Assembly (NCBI RefSeq): GCF_006345805.1
Contig: NC_043002.1
Coordinates: 42,284,001 to 42,348,000 of the forward strand
Length of the DNA stretch: 64,000 nucleotides
Direction: 5' to 3'
From: Octopus sinensis
Lineage: Eukaryota
Part shown: piece by piece, positions 13,274-27,315 of the stretch
Numbering within the stretch: the first letter of the stretch is position 1
Layout: the number at the start of each line of letters is the position of its first letter
Position numbers and translations under genes: made by a program
The notes under the pieces: generated by a model
The model's input: the letters and a program-made list of their open reading frames with translations, nothing else
Databases searched by the model: none
What the model was told of the DNA's origin: nothing

Positions 13274-13872
13274 TGTAACGAAATAGTGAGTTAATGGGGT
13301 AGTGTGAATGTGAATATATACAACTTGAGATGGAATGAACTGGTAGGTGACGTTTTATTCTCCGTTATAAAATACAATGACTTGCCATACATGAATTAGC
13401 ATAACTCAATAGGTTACAACAAGGATGTGCGAGAACTTCGTGGTTAGGCTGGGCTGGGCTGTTGATATTGTGTAGGGGCAGGCGTTTGGTCCGTTGGTCG
13501 TGTGGTCTTCATACAGTAATGATACAGACAGACGCCTGGTGGAGATGATGAGTGTGGAGACTGGCTGGTGTCAGGACATCGTTGCTGAAGACAAGACGTG
13601 TGTGTGTGGTCAGTGGCGAGTGCCAAAGACCTAGAGCAAGCGAAAACTGTCCTTCTTGTACAGAATAGGAGGCTCCCAGAAGCTAGTGATTAATTTCCTG
13701 CGTTAGGAAAAATAAACTGTTGCGCCAACGCGATTGGACAGCTGGAAGCCGACCAATACAAACAACAGGTTCGTTTAATCACGAGGTCATGTGACCGCTG
13801 AAACGAAAAGAGCTTGTAGAGCCGTTTTATGGGTATTTAAGGTTAGATGAGTTAAAACGAAAACATCTCACA
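13274..13872 (-). mobile_element. Probable 5' LTR of the Gypsy relic
   Basis: TG...CA termini (minus strand TGTGAGA...CGTTACA), minus-strand AATAAA near the end, CCAAT motifs, followed by degenerate PBS-like CAGTGACACCGA. Confidence 0.5.
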
Positions 13873-14077
13873 TAATGACAGTGTAAATTACTTCTACAAA
13901 TATCTACAAAAAATTGCGAAATAAAATCAAAATGTTTGATAACTCTAGGCGAGTATTTAACAGTCTTAGAATACAGTGCGTATATCAACGGCTTGTGATC
14001 AATGTATATGATAAAAGTTTGCCCCTTCTAAGAAATGTCGGAAATGCTTCACAGATAAATAAGCGGCCAACAACTGT

Positions 14078-14096
14078 ATATATATACACACACACA

Positions 14097-14181
<85 letters not shown>

Positions 14182-14295
14182 AACATATATATATATGTGT
14201 GTAATATATATATATGTATTATATATATATATCTATATATATATTATATATATATATGTATAACATATATATATATGTGTGTGTGTGTATATATA

Positions 14296-14337
<42 letters not shown>

Positions 14338-14780
14338 TATATATGTTATACATATGTGTGTGTGTATATATATATATGTATATATATACAGTGGGCCTCT
14401 ACTTAATTTCTATCTAGCAAATTCACTCACAAGGCATTAGTTGGCCTGGGGCTATAGGAGAACATACTTGCTTAAGGTGCCATTCACTGGAACAGAACCT
14501 GAGTAGACAAGGTTGTAAACCAAGTTTCTGAACCACACAACCCTGTGTGTATGTACATGCATGTATATATGTGTGTGTATGTATGTATGTATGTATGTAT
14601 GTATGTACGTATGTATGTATGTATGTATGTATGTATGTATGTATGTATGTATGTATGTATGTATGTATGTATGTACGTATGTATGTATGTATGTATGTAT
14701 GCATGTATGTAAATATTTATGGACACACATACACACACCCACACACACACATACACACACACATGTATACATATATATAG
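14078..14780. repeat. Compound (CA)n/(TA)n/(TATG)n microsatellite tract with a SINE A head (minus, ~14390-14545)
   Basis: Direct reading. Confidence 0.9.
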
Positions 14781-14788
14781 AGAGATAA

Positions 14789-15017
14789 GGCGCCGAGCTG
14801 GCAGAACCGTTAGCACGCAGGGCGAAATGTGTAGCCGTGTTTCGTCTGCCGTTACATTCTGAGTTCAAATTCCGCCGAGGTCGACTCTGCCTTTCATCCA
14901 TTCGAGGTCGATAAATTAAGTACCAGTTACGCACTGGGGTCGATGTAATCGACTTAATTCGTTTGTCTGTCCTTGTTTGTCCCCTCTATGTTTAGCCCCT
15001 TGTGGGTAATAAAGAAA
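14789..15017 (+). mobile_element. tRNA-derived SINE family C (Meta/Sauria-like central domain)
   Basis: GAGTTCAAATTCC B box and GCCTTTCATCC.TTCG.GGTCGATAAATTAAGTACCAG domain; further copies at ~21305(+), 25794(+), 28500(-), 34760(-), 52752(+), 53157(+). Domain name is from memory. Confidence 0.75.
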
Positions 15018-15103
15018 CATATATATAGATAGATAGATACATGCATACATACATACATATATATGTATATTATATGTGTGTGTGTGTGATAGATAGATAG
15101 ATC

Positions 15104-15154
<51 letters not shown>

Positions 15155-16122
15155 CTACATGAGTTTACCTACACACATACATATATTATTATAGATTACA
15201 TATTATATTCCCTCAATGCTTGCATGGTAACGAATGGTGAAATGCTAAGGTTAAAAGACCACATTTGCATTTACCATTCATACGTAGTCTGTCAGGTTTA
15301 CTATTCTGCACATTGTTAAAAGTTTAGTTATCTTTTCAATAATATCTTCTCTTTTCTTTCGACCAACGATGACATTTGCAGTCTATAGTGTAAATAATCA
15401 ATATCATACATAGAATGTAGTGAAGAGATATCACAAGCAGAACTTAAATGGCTGTGTGAGTGCAAAAGGAACAAAAAATATATATATTTTTTAAAAAAAC
15501 TATATAGAGACCAATATATAAAAAGCACTGGGGGGCAAAGATGCAAAGGAGTAATATGAAGTGGGACAACAACAACAACAACAACAACAAAAAATGGTAA
15601 AAAAAAAGATAACAAAAATAAAGAAGAAATAATAAGAAATAGCGAACATATTCAAAATTCACGATAACATAATGATAGGGGCGAAGTTGATAATAGGAAA
15701 AGACAAGAATCACATACAGAAAGAGAGGAAAGCTTGCGAGAATAAAAGTCCATAAAGATATGTGTAGTTTATGTGAACTTGTAAATATTGTTAACAAGTT
15801 AGATTGATTTCCGTTTCTGTATGACTATAGGAGTGCATTTTTCTGTATAGGGGCATATTTTATTTATTGTTATTATCATTGTAAAAATTTCTGATTTAGT
15901 TAACAATTGTATAACAACAATTAGAGTAGGGAAGAGGAAAAGTATGAATAAAAGTGGGAATTGAAATTTGGTTAGTTTTTTTTTTTTTTCTAACTTTGCC
16001 GGAAACTCAACTTATATATATTTGCCTCTTATCACATCTAAAGTATTTAATGCAACTACACACATACATAAAAGCACACACACATCTGTGTGTATGTGTG
16101 TGTATGTGTGTGTGTGTGCTTT

Positions 16123-16276
16123 AGGAAGTTAAAAGTTACAGCCAGTCATAGAGTGACCATTGATTTCACCCCTATAAAGTGCTAAACAGTATAAACGACT
16201 TGTCAGACTCAACTGGCTGAAGTCTATACTACCAAGCACTGGTCATTCTATGAATGGACATAACTTTTAACTTCCT
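16123..16276. mobile_element. Short MITE/hairpin element
   Basis: TIR AGGAAGTTAAAAGTTA / TAACTTTTAACTTCCT with further imperfect complementarity inward. Confidence 0.7.
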
Positions 16277-16616
16277 CAAAAAATATATTACTGCTCCCAT
16301 GCTTTAAAGTGTGCTTCTTTTCCAGATATATGAGCTATTGACAATACATTCATATATAGATATGCATAAATACATACATACATACATACATACATACATA
16401 CATACATACATACATACATACATACATACATACATACATACATACATACATACATAAACAAACAGACACAGATTTATATACACACATATATATACATGCA
16501 TATATATATATGTATGCATATATTATATATATATATTAATATATATATAACGGGAAGCTTTATGAAAATAAACAAAAGACGAAGGCAGGTGGAAAACAAA
16601 CGAACAATTGTATTAG

Positions 16617-16647
<31 letters not shown>

Positions 16648-16947
16648 TATATATAATATATATATATATATATTTTAATATGCTGGCCATTGATAAAATT
16701 ATTTTTCGAAAAAAATTTAATCCTACATTAGATATATATATATGTATGTGTGTGTGCGTATAGAAGTGTGTGCATGTGCATATGTGTATGCATGTAAGTA
16801 GATATATATATATATGAATAAGTGTGGGTATGCACTCATGAGCATCTATGCGTGTAAATGTATGTGAGTGTATGTACATATCTGTATATGTGACCGTGTG
16901 TGTGTATATGTATATGTATGAATGTATGTATATATGTGCATGAGCAG

Positions 16948-17002
<55 letters not shown>

Positions 17003-17629
17003 TGTATATGTGTGCGTGTGCATATGTTATCATGAATGTGTCCAAACATTGAATCTTAAAGGCCAGCTAACAACAATTGCATGTGTAACCAGCCATGAAG
17101 AACAAATCAGCTGTACAAAGAAATAAAATTCCAATCCCTTTAAAATGGCAACCACTTTAACAATACCAGAATCACCATCCCACTACATCTGCACATTCAA
17201 AACAGTTTGCTAATGGCTCCTCAGCAACAACACATCCTGATAAGCTCAGTGACTTCTACTAAATTCAGGCCACAACAGACAAACAGGATGTTTTTGTAGC
17301 TGAGGATTTTAAACTTAGGGAAACAATATTTGCAGAATGCCTGAGAAAACACAACTAATTCTCATAATGCTAGGAGCCAGTTGCATAATCAAGTACCTTT
17401 ACTCCTGGAGAACTACATTGGTGGAAACAATTGTAATGATTAAAAAATCCATGTCCAACCATACCTCTTCCTGTTAACTCCAAGATTTTCAATTATCTAT
17501 AAACACACAACAGATACCAAAATGCCAACCTGGAAGTATGTATAATACTATTACTGGATAGAACAGGGTAAATCTGAAGGTAGACAAGCTTTATTCTGTA
17601 CTCAATAACGTTCTTAACAGAATATACCA

Positions 17630-17664
<35 letters not shown>

Positions 17665-17829
17665 GTAATATAATATGTGACAATTATTCGGTTGCCATAA
17701 TAAAACTCAGAGTTTCAGATGTCGGGGCGGAAACCTGCACCGGCATCTAGAGAGATACATTTATATACATTAACCCATGCTAGCATGGAAAGCGGACGTT
17801 AAATGATGATGATGATATATATCATTTGT

Positions 17830-18230
17830 GTGATGTGGAAAATATTCCAACAATATTGCATCAATTTTTAAATCCATCCAAGACTTGGCTCCCATGCTAT
17901 CCACCCACTGCAAAAATCAAACTCAGTACACATAGTAGCATTACATCACAATTACTTTACCTCAACCACTCCAGCTCTCTTTAATACCATACTAAAATAT
18001 GTCAAAATGGAAATGGATCCCATTAAATTCAAATGTTCCCTGGACAAATTTCTTCAAAAAATCCCAGACCAAACTCCTACACCTGGATATATTCCCAACA
18101 ATAATAACTCTTTGCTAGTGTGAGCCATGATGCCACATATATGACTAAAAGACTTCACCAGGTGGTGCTATTAAGTTAGACATGTCCTGGGCCTATACTG
18201 GCCAAAACCTATCAAAATTATCAAAGTTAT
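17830..18230 (+). mobile_element. CR1/L2-group LINE 3' end relic
   Basis: Translates HPRLGSH...PALFNTI...FKCSLDKFLQKIPDQTPTPGY...NNSLL, a typical ORF2 C-terminus. Confidence 0.65.
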
Positions 18231-18257
18231 AAATATATATATATATACACACACATT

Positions 18258-18502
18258 CTTTTATTTGTTTCAGTCATCTGACTGTGCCATGCTGGAGCAC
18301 CACCTTCAGTTGAACAAATCTACCCCAGGTCTTATTCTCTGTAAACCTAGTACTTATTCTATTGGTCTCTTTTGACATGAACACACCAACACTGGTTGTC
18401 AATCAATGGTGGGGGGACAAACTCAGGCACACAAACATAGACATACACACACACACACACACACACACATACGACAGGCTTCTTTCAGTTTCCATCTACC
18501 AA
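18258..18502 (-). mobile_element. SINE family A (decayed, partial)
   Basis: Tail plus microsatellite similar to the 1702 and 8215 copies, with CpGs lost. Confidence 0.75.
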
Positions 18503-19239
18503 CTCCAACGTTTTGAGCAGTGTCCATATTTGGAATTTACATGATAGTGCGGAGAACAAAATATTTTACATCCTTGATGCCTGAGTGACAGGCTGCAACT
18601 GATGGGGAATGCAAAAAGCATGAGAGGACGTCCAGATTTGAATGAACATTTTTTTTTATCCTTCTACAGCTCCACCCCTTCTTAATACAATAATCCTAGC
18701 TTTATCCTTCAACTCTCCTCTCACTTAGAGTTTCCCTCCACTTCTTCCTCACTGGCTTCTCTTTTGGTCTTTATGTCTCTTTCTTCTAACCGCTATCTCG
18801 TATGTTGTTTTTCACATCTACTGCTTCCTTTCTAGTTATGCACTCTCATGCTGTTTTACATCCCCTATCAGTTACTGCTGACTGCTCAAACATAAAGGAT
18901 GCAAAATTCGCCTGGCTTTCTTTTTCCCCTGCTGTCCAAACCCTAAAGAAGGATACTCTGAATCATTAGAAACTCCTCTTCCCTACAGCAATAATACTTT
19001 AGTATTTTTATGGGGGGGAGAGGCACGTGTGTGCACGTGTGTGTGTGTGCACATGTACGTATGTATGTATGTATGTATGTATGTATGCATGCATGCATGT
19101 ATCTATGTATGTCTGTATGTATGCGTGTATGTATGTGTGTATGTATCCATGTATATTTTGTATGTATGTATCTATATATAAGTATGTATATGAATGAGTA
19201 GACAAGACAAATGAAAGAAAAGCACTCAATACAAAAGTG

Positions 19240-19295
<56 letters not shown>

Positions 19296-19807
19296 ATGTG
19301 TGTAGTCTTGGGTATACAACTTTAAACTGCATCAAGAAGTGGGTCCTTGGTTCAGGAGTTCCAAGGTTTTGAGGAGTGTGGAACCATCTCTTAGCTACAG
19401 CTGTTCCTAGCTCTACTCTGACCTGGAGTAGTAGCACCTGCAAGAGTTTCAGCTACAAGTTAATTACCATGTCATGGAAGAAACCCTTAGCAAGACCCTC
19501 ACTTCTTTGTGAGTCCCTTGACGAAAGGAAAAACTAGGGGAGTCAATATCGATAGTAAACCAAGAAAAATCTAGTACCACTTTGACACCCTTCCAACAAC
19601 TTCAGGTAGTGCACTCTAGCCTTGTAATGCAATTCACCAAGGGGAAGGTCACTCCATTGTAAAACCTACAGCTTGCTGCTCATCACAGCCATCATAACCT
19701 GCTTAGCCACTGTGATCAGACAGCTAAGTTTAAAGAGTGGAACTGGATGGTGCAGATTAACACTCACTTTTAAACTACTAAGCACGCATGCACACACACA
19801 CATGAAT

Positions 19808-19825
19808 ATAGACAGACAGACAGAC

Positions 19826-19912
<87 letters not shown>

Positions 19913-19935
19913 GATATAGATAGATAGATAGAGAT

Positions 19936-20029
<94 letters not shown>

Positions 20030-20054
20030 CGATAGATAGATAGATAGATAGATA
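19808..20054. repeat. (GATA)n/(GACA)n microsatellite
   Basis: Direct reading. Confidence 0.95.
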
Positions 20055-21527
20055 ATTTTTTCTTATTGTGAAGCCCCATTATTTTAACACATTACCACTT
20101 AAGCTGAGTTGTAACACAGCTTATACAGGCAGATATTTTGATACATTTCAGGCATGGAAGCTTAGAAAATGGGCAATGAAAAAATTCTGTCATGTGATAG
20201 ACAAGAGAGTTGAAGAAAATGACATGAGTTTTTACATTTGTTACAGACATCCAAGTTCCATACGTCTCCTTGTAATGCTGTGTTTTACTCCCTGTATTTA
20301 GTATTTATTAAAGTTATGCTTGATATTTATAACACTTTTTCGTTTGTTTATGCATTTCTTTGAAGTTATATTGCTATCCGTCTTCTCGAACATATTCTAC
20401 TTATTCTAAAGTGCTCAACGGATCTATAAGTATTGGAGATTTTGTTAATGCATCGTAAAAATCTGCATGGGATATCCAATCAATAAACTGAAATGCATCT
20501 GATGAAATGCTGGAAGAATCTTGATTTATTGAATACAATCACAGGTTATGCATTTATAATAATGCTGAAGTAGACTGGTCTGCTATACAGAACATTAACA
20601 GCAATTGTGAGAAATTCACAGACATTTAACTATAATGTGTCAAATCTCACTGTATTTTCCTATGTGAAGACTTGAGAAAACTGTTCGCTGGACATTCTTA
20701 ACTGAATAATATTTTATCCATCTCTTTCCCAGAAATATTTCTCACTAGTGATTTTAATCTTTCTTTTTTTATGTGTTTTTGACTATCTTTTAGCATATCT
20801 CTTCACTGACTACGAATCCCACCATACTTTTTGAAAAGAAACTGTATCAGTTTCTTTCATTCTTTTCCTTTCGATAGTCCCCATGTTTTATAATTCTATA
20901 ACCCTTTAACTAGTTTCAGCTCGAAAGCTGCGATCATACTGGGGCACATCAATTGATTTCATCACTATACGGATGATAGAATGATGAGCCTATTTCCATG
21001 AATGTTTGATAATCAAAATAGATTGTCAGTTAATCTTAATTAACACTTAATCAATGTTTCAGTATTATGCACAATTGGTTCATATTTTTTCTATAAAACA
21101 TCAAGGATGTTGATAGTCCATTAATTCACATAAAATCTTTCACCTTTCATCCCTCCAAGACAGATAAAATAAAGTACTAGGGCTTATGGTATCATCTAAC
21201 CTTTCTCCTCAAACTGTTAGCCTTGTGTCTAAATTAGAAACTGTTATTATTATTATTATTGCTGCTGCTATTATTATTAGTCACTATTATTATTACTATT
21301 AATAAAGCAGCTAGCTGACAGAAATGTTAGCATGCCAGGTAAAATGCTTACCAGTATTTCACCTATCTTCAGAGTTCAAATTCCACCGAGGTCAACTTTG
21401 CCTTTCATCCTTTTGGGGTGAATAAATTAAGTACAGTCAAATACTAGGATCAATGCAATCAACTTACCCCCTCCCCATAAATTTTAGGCCTTGTGCCTAT
21501 AGTGGAACAGATTGTTGTTATTATTTA

Positions 21528-21578
<51 letters not shown>

Positions 21579-21587
21579 CATTATTAT

Positions 21588-23641
21588 TCAGTAGTTTTAT
21601 TTTTATAGCGTGCTTTCACTTCACTACCGAGCGCAGCTCTGTGTGCCTTGGGTATGTGCTGTGATTTGTTGTGATGCTCTGATGGTTATTGTATGGAAAG
21701 TGTTCTGCGTAGGATGTGTGCAGTGCCTAGTAGTGCAATTTTCTGTATGTTATATGTGTTTGTAAGTCCTGGTGTTTTTGTTATGTATTTGTCTGAATAT
21801 TTTTTTATCGTGCCTAATGCACCTACTATGATAGGAATTGTTTCTGTTTTCAGATTCCACATTCTAGTTACCTCTATTTCCAGGTCTTTGTATTTTGAGA
21901 GTTTCTCCATTTCTTTTAGAGACACGTTGTCATCTGCCGGTATTGATACATCAATTAGAAAGCATTTTTTTTCTTCGTGATCTCTGACAACTATATCTAG
22001 TCTGTTGGCCTTAATTTCTCTATCTGTGTGTATCGGCATATCCCAGAGTATGGTTGCTTTCTCGTTTTCTGTGACCTTTTCTGGTGTGTGCCTATACCAT
22101 CTTTTTTCTGTTGTTATTCCATAATGTTGGCATAGTTTCCAATGTATGTAGGTTCCAACTCTGTCATGTCTGTGAATATATTCCTTCTTAGCCAGGACTG
22201 GGCAGCTAGAGATAATATGATTTATTGTTTCTTGTCCATCTCCACATATTCTGCAGTTACTTGTAATATTTCTTTTCATTACATGTTTTTGGTAATTTCT
22301 GGTGGGGAGGCTTTGGTCTTGTGCTGCAATTAAAAATCCCTCTGTTTCTGCTTTGAGTCCTGAGCTTCTCAACCATTGCTGGGATTTTTCTTTGTCTATT
22401 TCTTTTGCGTTTAGTTTAGTGCAGTATTTACCATGAAGGGGCTTTTCTTGCCATCGTTTTATCATGGTTCATTGCTGTTCTATTTTTAGTTTGGATTTCA
22501 TTTGTTTTATAGCTTTCGTTGTTTCTTCATCATCTTCTTCTTCTTCTTCGTGTTTATTAGGTGGTATGACTTCTTGTTTGTATTTGTCAGCTTCCTTAAA
22601 TACTGAGAACAGTTTTTTGTTTTGCTCGTGTTTTGCTGCTATCTGGATCAGTTTTCCTTCCTTCTGAAGTAGATATTTTTGCAGTCCTATGGTGGTTATT
22701 TTATAGTAGTTTTCCAGCTGTATAAGGCCTCTACCACCTTCTATACGTTGTATATATAGTCTTTCTATGTCAGATTTTGGGTGATGCATCCTAGATCCTG
22801 TCAGTATTTTTCTTGTTTTCCTATCTATTTTGGACAGTTCATTTCGTGTCCAGTTAAGGATATTGTAGCTGTAACTTATAACTGGGACAGTTTTTAGCAT
22901 TGAGCTCTGTTTTTAGTATTGATCTAACTCGTCTATAATATTCTTTTTTTATTTTCTCTTTCATTTGTGTGTGTTGTGTCTTATCTAGTTCATGGATTCC
23001 TAAGTATTTGTAAGTTTGGCTTTGGTCTAATTCTTTTATTTCATTGGTTTTATCTAGTGTGATGTTGTTACTCTTAACTAGTTTTCCTCTTTTCATGGTT
23101 ACTTTGGCGCATTTTTCTAATCCAAATTTCATATCTATTTCTTTGGTAAATCCATGAACTGTCTTTAATAGTGTTTCCAGCTGTTTGTCATTTGCAGCGT
23201 ATAGTTTTAGGTCATCCATATATAAAAGGTGGCTGATCGTTTTGCCGTAACATTTATATCCGCATCCAGTTCTATTTAGCATATCAGATAGAGGTGACAG
23301 TGCCAAGCAGAAAAGGAGTGGAGAGAGCGTGTCTCCCTGGAATATTCCTCTTCTAATGGGGATGTCTTGGTTTTCATGAGTCCCTCTTTTGTTTGGAGGT
23401 GTAGGACTGTTTGCCATTTATTCATAGAGTGCTCTATGAATTTTATGATTGTTGGTGCTACTTTGTTAATGGCTAGTGTTTCGAGGATCCATGTGTGGGG
23501 GATGCTATCAAACGCCTTTTTGTGGTCAATCCAGGCCATACTGAGGCCTTTCTTCTTTCTGTGGCTGTCTTCAGTTACGGCTTTATTAATCATTAGTTGA
23601 TCTTTACAGTCATATGAGCCTTTGCGGCATCCTTTCTGCTC

Positions 23642-23642
<1 letters not shown>
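21588..23642 (-). mobile_element. R4/Dong-type non-LTR retrotransposon (RT + CCHC + restriction-like endonuclease), 5'-truncated, few frameshifts
   Basis: AWIDHKKAFDS, RRGIFQGDTLSPLLF, LLYMDDLKL, YKYLG, GGRGL, CRICGDGQETINHIISSC, RHDRV, RLDIVV..LIDVSIP, KLSKY; (TAA)n on both flanks. Confidence 0.95.
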
Positions 23643-23684
<42 letters not shown>

Positions 23685-23689
23685 TATTG

Positions 23690-24345
23690 TTTTACTTCTC
23701 AGAATGTTCAGTCTTGTTTGTTCTGGTAGGTTTTTTGTGAGTGCACAGCAGCTTACCATCAGAGGTCTCACAGGATTTCTTTCTGCACATTATAAGCTTT
23801 GATACTTGGTTGTTATTTATCGTGGGATGCATTCAACATCCAAGTACCAATCTCAAAATCCTAGCTGTCCCCAGCAGAGTAGTTTTTTGGGGGCTTGCTC
23901 AGTTCTCATGTCAATTTCAATTGCTTTGCCATATTTCTCAAACTTGGTTGTTAGTGTTTCAAGTGCCCTTACAACTATTGGAATGACAGACACTTTCCTC
24001 ATAGTCCACATTCTTGCAATTTTGTCTTTTAGTAGTCTGTACTTTGCAATCTTTTCTATTTCTCAAGGTAGAAAATGACCTTGGTTTCCATTTCTTCTTT
24101 ATCTACCACAACAATATCTGGTCTCCAAGCCTCGATTAGGGAGTCACATTGGATTATAAAATCCCACAGTATCTTATGTTCCTTGTTCTTGGTGGCTCCT
24201 TCTGGTTCATGTTCATACCATTTCCACGATCTGTTCAGGCTGTACTTTTCACATTAGCCTCCAGTGGATGAAACTTAGCCATATCATTGTGCCTCCTTTT
24301 GTAGTGCTTTTGGGCCACCTTGCTATACTTACTCACAATATGTGA
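23690..24345 (-). mobile_element. Second, older R4/Dong-type RLE-domain fragment
   Basis: Decayed YKRRHN..IHWRL, ILWDFIIQCD..PDIVVVDKE, KIAKY..KIARMW and ALETL homology to the adjacent element. Confidence 0.8.
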
Positions 24346-24809
24346 GTAAGAATGTCTACCTAAGATAGAAGCAATTTTTATCATTGTTTTAACACCCTGA
24401 TCCTGTTCTAATATTTATCTCAAGAAAGCACAACATAACAAATGACTTCTTTTTATTTAAAGAACTCTCCTCAGAATTCACATCATTCTTAAAAGAGCTG
24501 TCTTTTGTAAGTATCTTAATTCCATACTGCGCAATCTATGTTTTTATTTTAGCTGTTATTGTTCCCAAGGTGCACATGCTACTGTGTTTCATGTTCTGTA
24601 TTTTGGAAATTTCTCTCTTCAATTTTTTTTTATATTCTCCTAATCTTTTTCTTTTCACGTGTTTTCTCCTGGCAATGCTGGATCAATTATCCAACAAAGT
24701 CTTCTGTTTTTTTTCCCCAACAACAACCATTATCAGGTCTTCTCTCATTTATCTCATGCTCACAATGGATATTGAAGACCCAAAATGGTTTCACTTCATC
24801 TGAATCAGG

Positions 24810-25168
24810 CTAGTGCACATACCACTTTTCCATTCTGTTCAGCTTATTTTTCTCATATGACATCCAGGGTACAATCTTAGCAATGCTATTATGCTTCTTT
24901 TTCTAATCCATTTATGCCAGTGTATTCTAGTACACTGCACTCACAATATGTTGGTTGTTTCTCCTTTCATTCTTCAGAATTTACATAATGGTACTACAAT
25001 TTTGTCAATGTTATATTTCACATTATTACTTTTTAGGGATTGCTCCTGTGCTGTTCCTATAAGGGAATCTGTCATGACCTTACAGTTTGATCTTCACATC
25101 CATTCCAATAATGAATACTTATCCTGTCTCTTATAAATTGGCACCATGCATCAGTTTATCCTTTCACA

Positions 25169-25170
<2 letters not shown>
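24810..25170 (-). mobile_element. Third, highly decayed R4/Dong-type fragment
   Basis: Minus-strand TDSLIGTAQEQSLKSNNVKYNIDK..PLCK matches the AAQDQ/CCHC region. Confidence 0.6.
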
Positions 25171-25203
<33 letters not shown>

Positions 25204-25337
25204 TTTCTTTTCTTATAATCAATGCAACTTTCAATCTGTAAAATGCCACATTGATTTACTTCCAACAGTCACTGTTCAACATTATTCTCTTTATGTATTG
25301 AACAATATTGTTTTCTACATTTCATATATATCTGTAC

Positions 25338-25421
<84 letters not shown>

Positions 25422-25644
25422 AATATACTTTTCCAAACCTCTTACCAAGCCTCTTCTGGATCTAGGAAGATAAATTCTATTAACATCACTTTTGGGATTC
25501 AGTGTACCATTCAAGGTCACTGACTTTCATGTTTTAGCATCAAACCACCGAATCTCTGTTTTGTATTGTTTAATAACCCCCCAGCTCCATTCCTCATCCT
25601 TGTAACAACCTTGTATCTAAACTAGAAACGATTTTTCATTTTCA

Positions 25645-25661
25645 ACTCCTCCTCCTCCTCC

Positions 25662-25694
<33 letters not shown>

Positions 25695-25790
25695 ACATCA
25701 TCGTCGTCGTCGTCATCATCATCATCATCACTATCATCATCACCATCATCAACATCATCATCATTCTTACCATTGCTGTTGTTGTTATTG
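25645..25790. repeat. (CCT)/(CAT)/(CGT)n trinucleotide repeat
   Basis: Direct reading. Confidence 0.9.
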
Positions 25791-26016
25791 TTAGGGCAGT
25801 GAGCTGACAGAATTGTTACTGTGTTGAACAAAATGCTTAGTGGTGTCTTCCAGCTCTTTACATTGAGTTCAAATTCCACCAGGGTCAACCTTACCTTTCA
25901 TCCTTTGGGGGGGGGGGGTCATTAAAATAAAATAAGAACCAATCAAGCAATGGGGCAAAGTAATTGACTCGCACCCTCTCCAAAACTTTCAGGCCTTGTG
26001 CCTATAGTAGAAACAA

Positions 26017-27215
26017 GTTAGTTAGTTAGTTAATTTGGCTCAAAAGCAAATAGCCAGGCCATGTAGGGGGACATGGAGTTAAGTACAGGGTGGTGTTCAT
26101 GTAAAGAGTTCAGGCCACTTGAGGTCCAGGGAGGCTTTGAACAAAGCGGTCGTCGGCATCTTTACCATCTCGTCTGGCAGCTTGTTCCACGGATCCACAA
26201 CCCGGACGGAGAAAGCTCCTCTCCTTCGATTGAGATGAAATCGTCGCAGGTAGAGCTTTTCGGAATGACCCCGCAGCCGACGCTCTGGAGCAGGAGTGAA
26301 GAACAGCTCTTTCGAGAGGTTACACTTTCCGCTTATGATGTTGTGGGCGAGAATGAGATCACTACGGCGGCAGCGTTTTTCAAGAGAATAAAGGTCGAGC
26401 GTCCTCAGCCTTTCTTCGTAGGACAAATTTTTGAGACCATGAACCATGCGGGTAGCCAGCTTCTGGACTCTTTCGAGATGCTGTATGTCTTTGAGGAGAT
26501 AAGGAGAAGAGGCTTGAATGCCATACTCCAATATGGGTCTCACCAGCATGACATAGAGTGGTAGGAATATGGCTGCTGTGAGCATTCTGAATGACCGTCG
26601 AATCAAGAACAGAATTCCGCGTGCTTTGTTGGCAGCATGGACGCACTGGGCCGAAGGCGAAAAGGAGGAATCCACCAAGATACCTAGGTCCTTTACCTGA
26701 TCGGTCCTCTCCAGCATCAGACGACCCGGCTCGAAATCAAGTTGAGTTGCAGGAGTAGAGCCGACAGGCAGATGACAGCACTTTGACACGTTCAGACACA
26801 GGTCCCAATTGTTAGACCACTTCCAAATTTGGTGGAGGCATCGACGAAGATCCTCTATATTACCGCGAGGAGCGACCAGTTTGATATCGTCGGCAAATAG
26901 AAGGGTGTGTTGCGTGAGGTCGTCGGGCAAGTCATTTATGAAGACTAAGAACAACAAGGGCCCAAGCACTGAACCTTGAGGCACGCCACTGCTCGCACTG
27001 GAGACGTCGGACCGCGAACCGTTAACTTGGACTTGGAAGGAGCAATCTGAGAGGAAGGCACCAACCCATCGTAAAATATCCGGATGGAAACTATATGCTT
27101 GAAGCTTGACAAGTAATAGGCGGTGGTTTACCGAGTCAAAAGCTTTGGCAAAGTCCAGTAAAACGATGTCAACAGCATCACTATCATCGAGGATGCGCGT
27201 CACCAATTCTTCCAT
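26017..27215 (-). mobile_element. CR1-type LINE, 5'-truncated, with intact 372-aa RT C-terminal ORF (26097-27215)
   Basis: LDFAKAFDSVNH, SGVPQGSVLGPLLFLVFINDL, LFADDIKL, VKDLGI, VRPILEY, LRGHSEKL, FSVRVVDPWNKLP; 3' (TAAC)n tail; no stops. Confidence 0.95.
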
Positions 27216-27315
27216 TACTAGTAAGTATCATTATCATTGTCGTCATCATTATTTAGCATCCATTTTCCATGCTGGCATGGGTGAGACAGTTTGGGATTGG
27301 TAAGCCAGAGAGCTC

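Noticed and set aside
20100-20900. Possible decayed transposase or LINE coding relic
   Set aside because: Only weak fragments in translation; no motif I could assign with confidence
25622-25888. Acidic Asp-rich protein ORF
   Set aside because: SINE antisense sequence plus (GAT)n repeat
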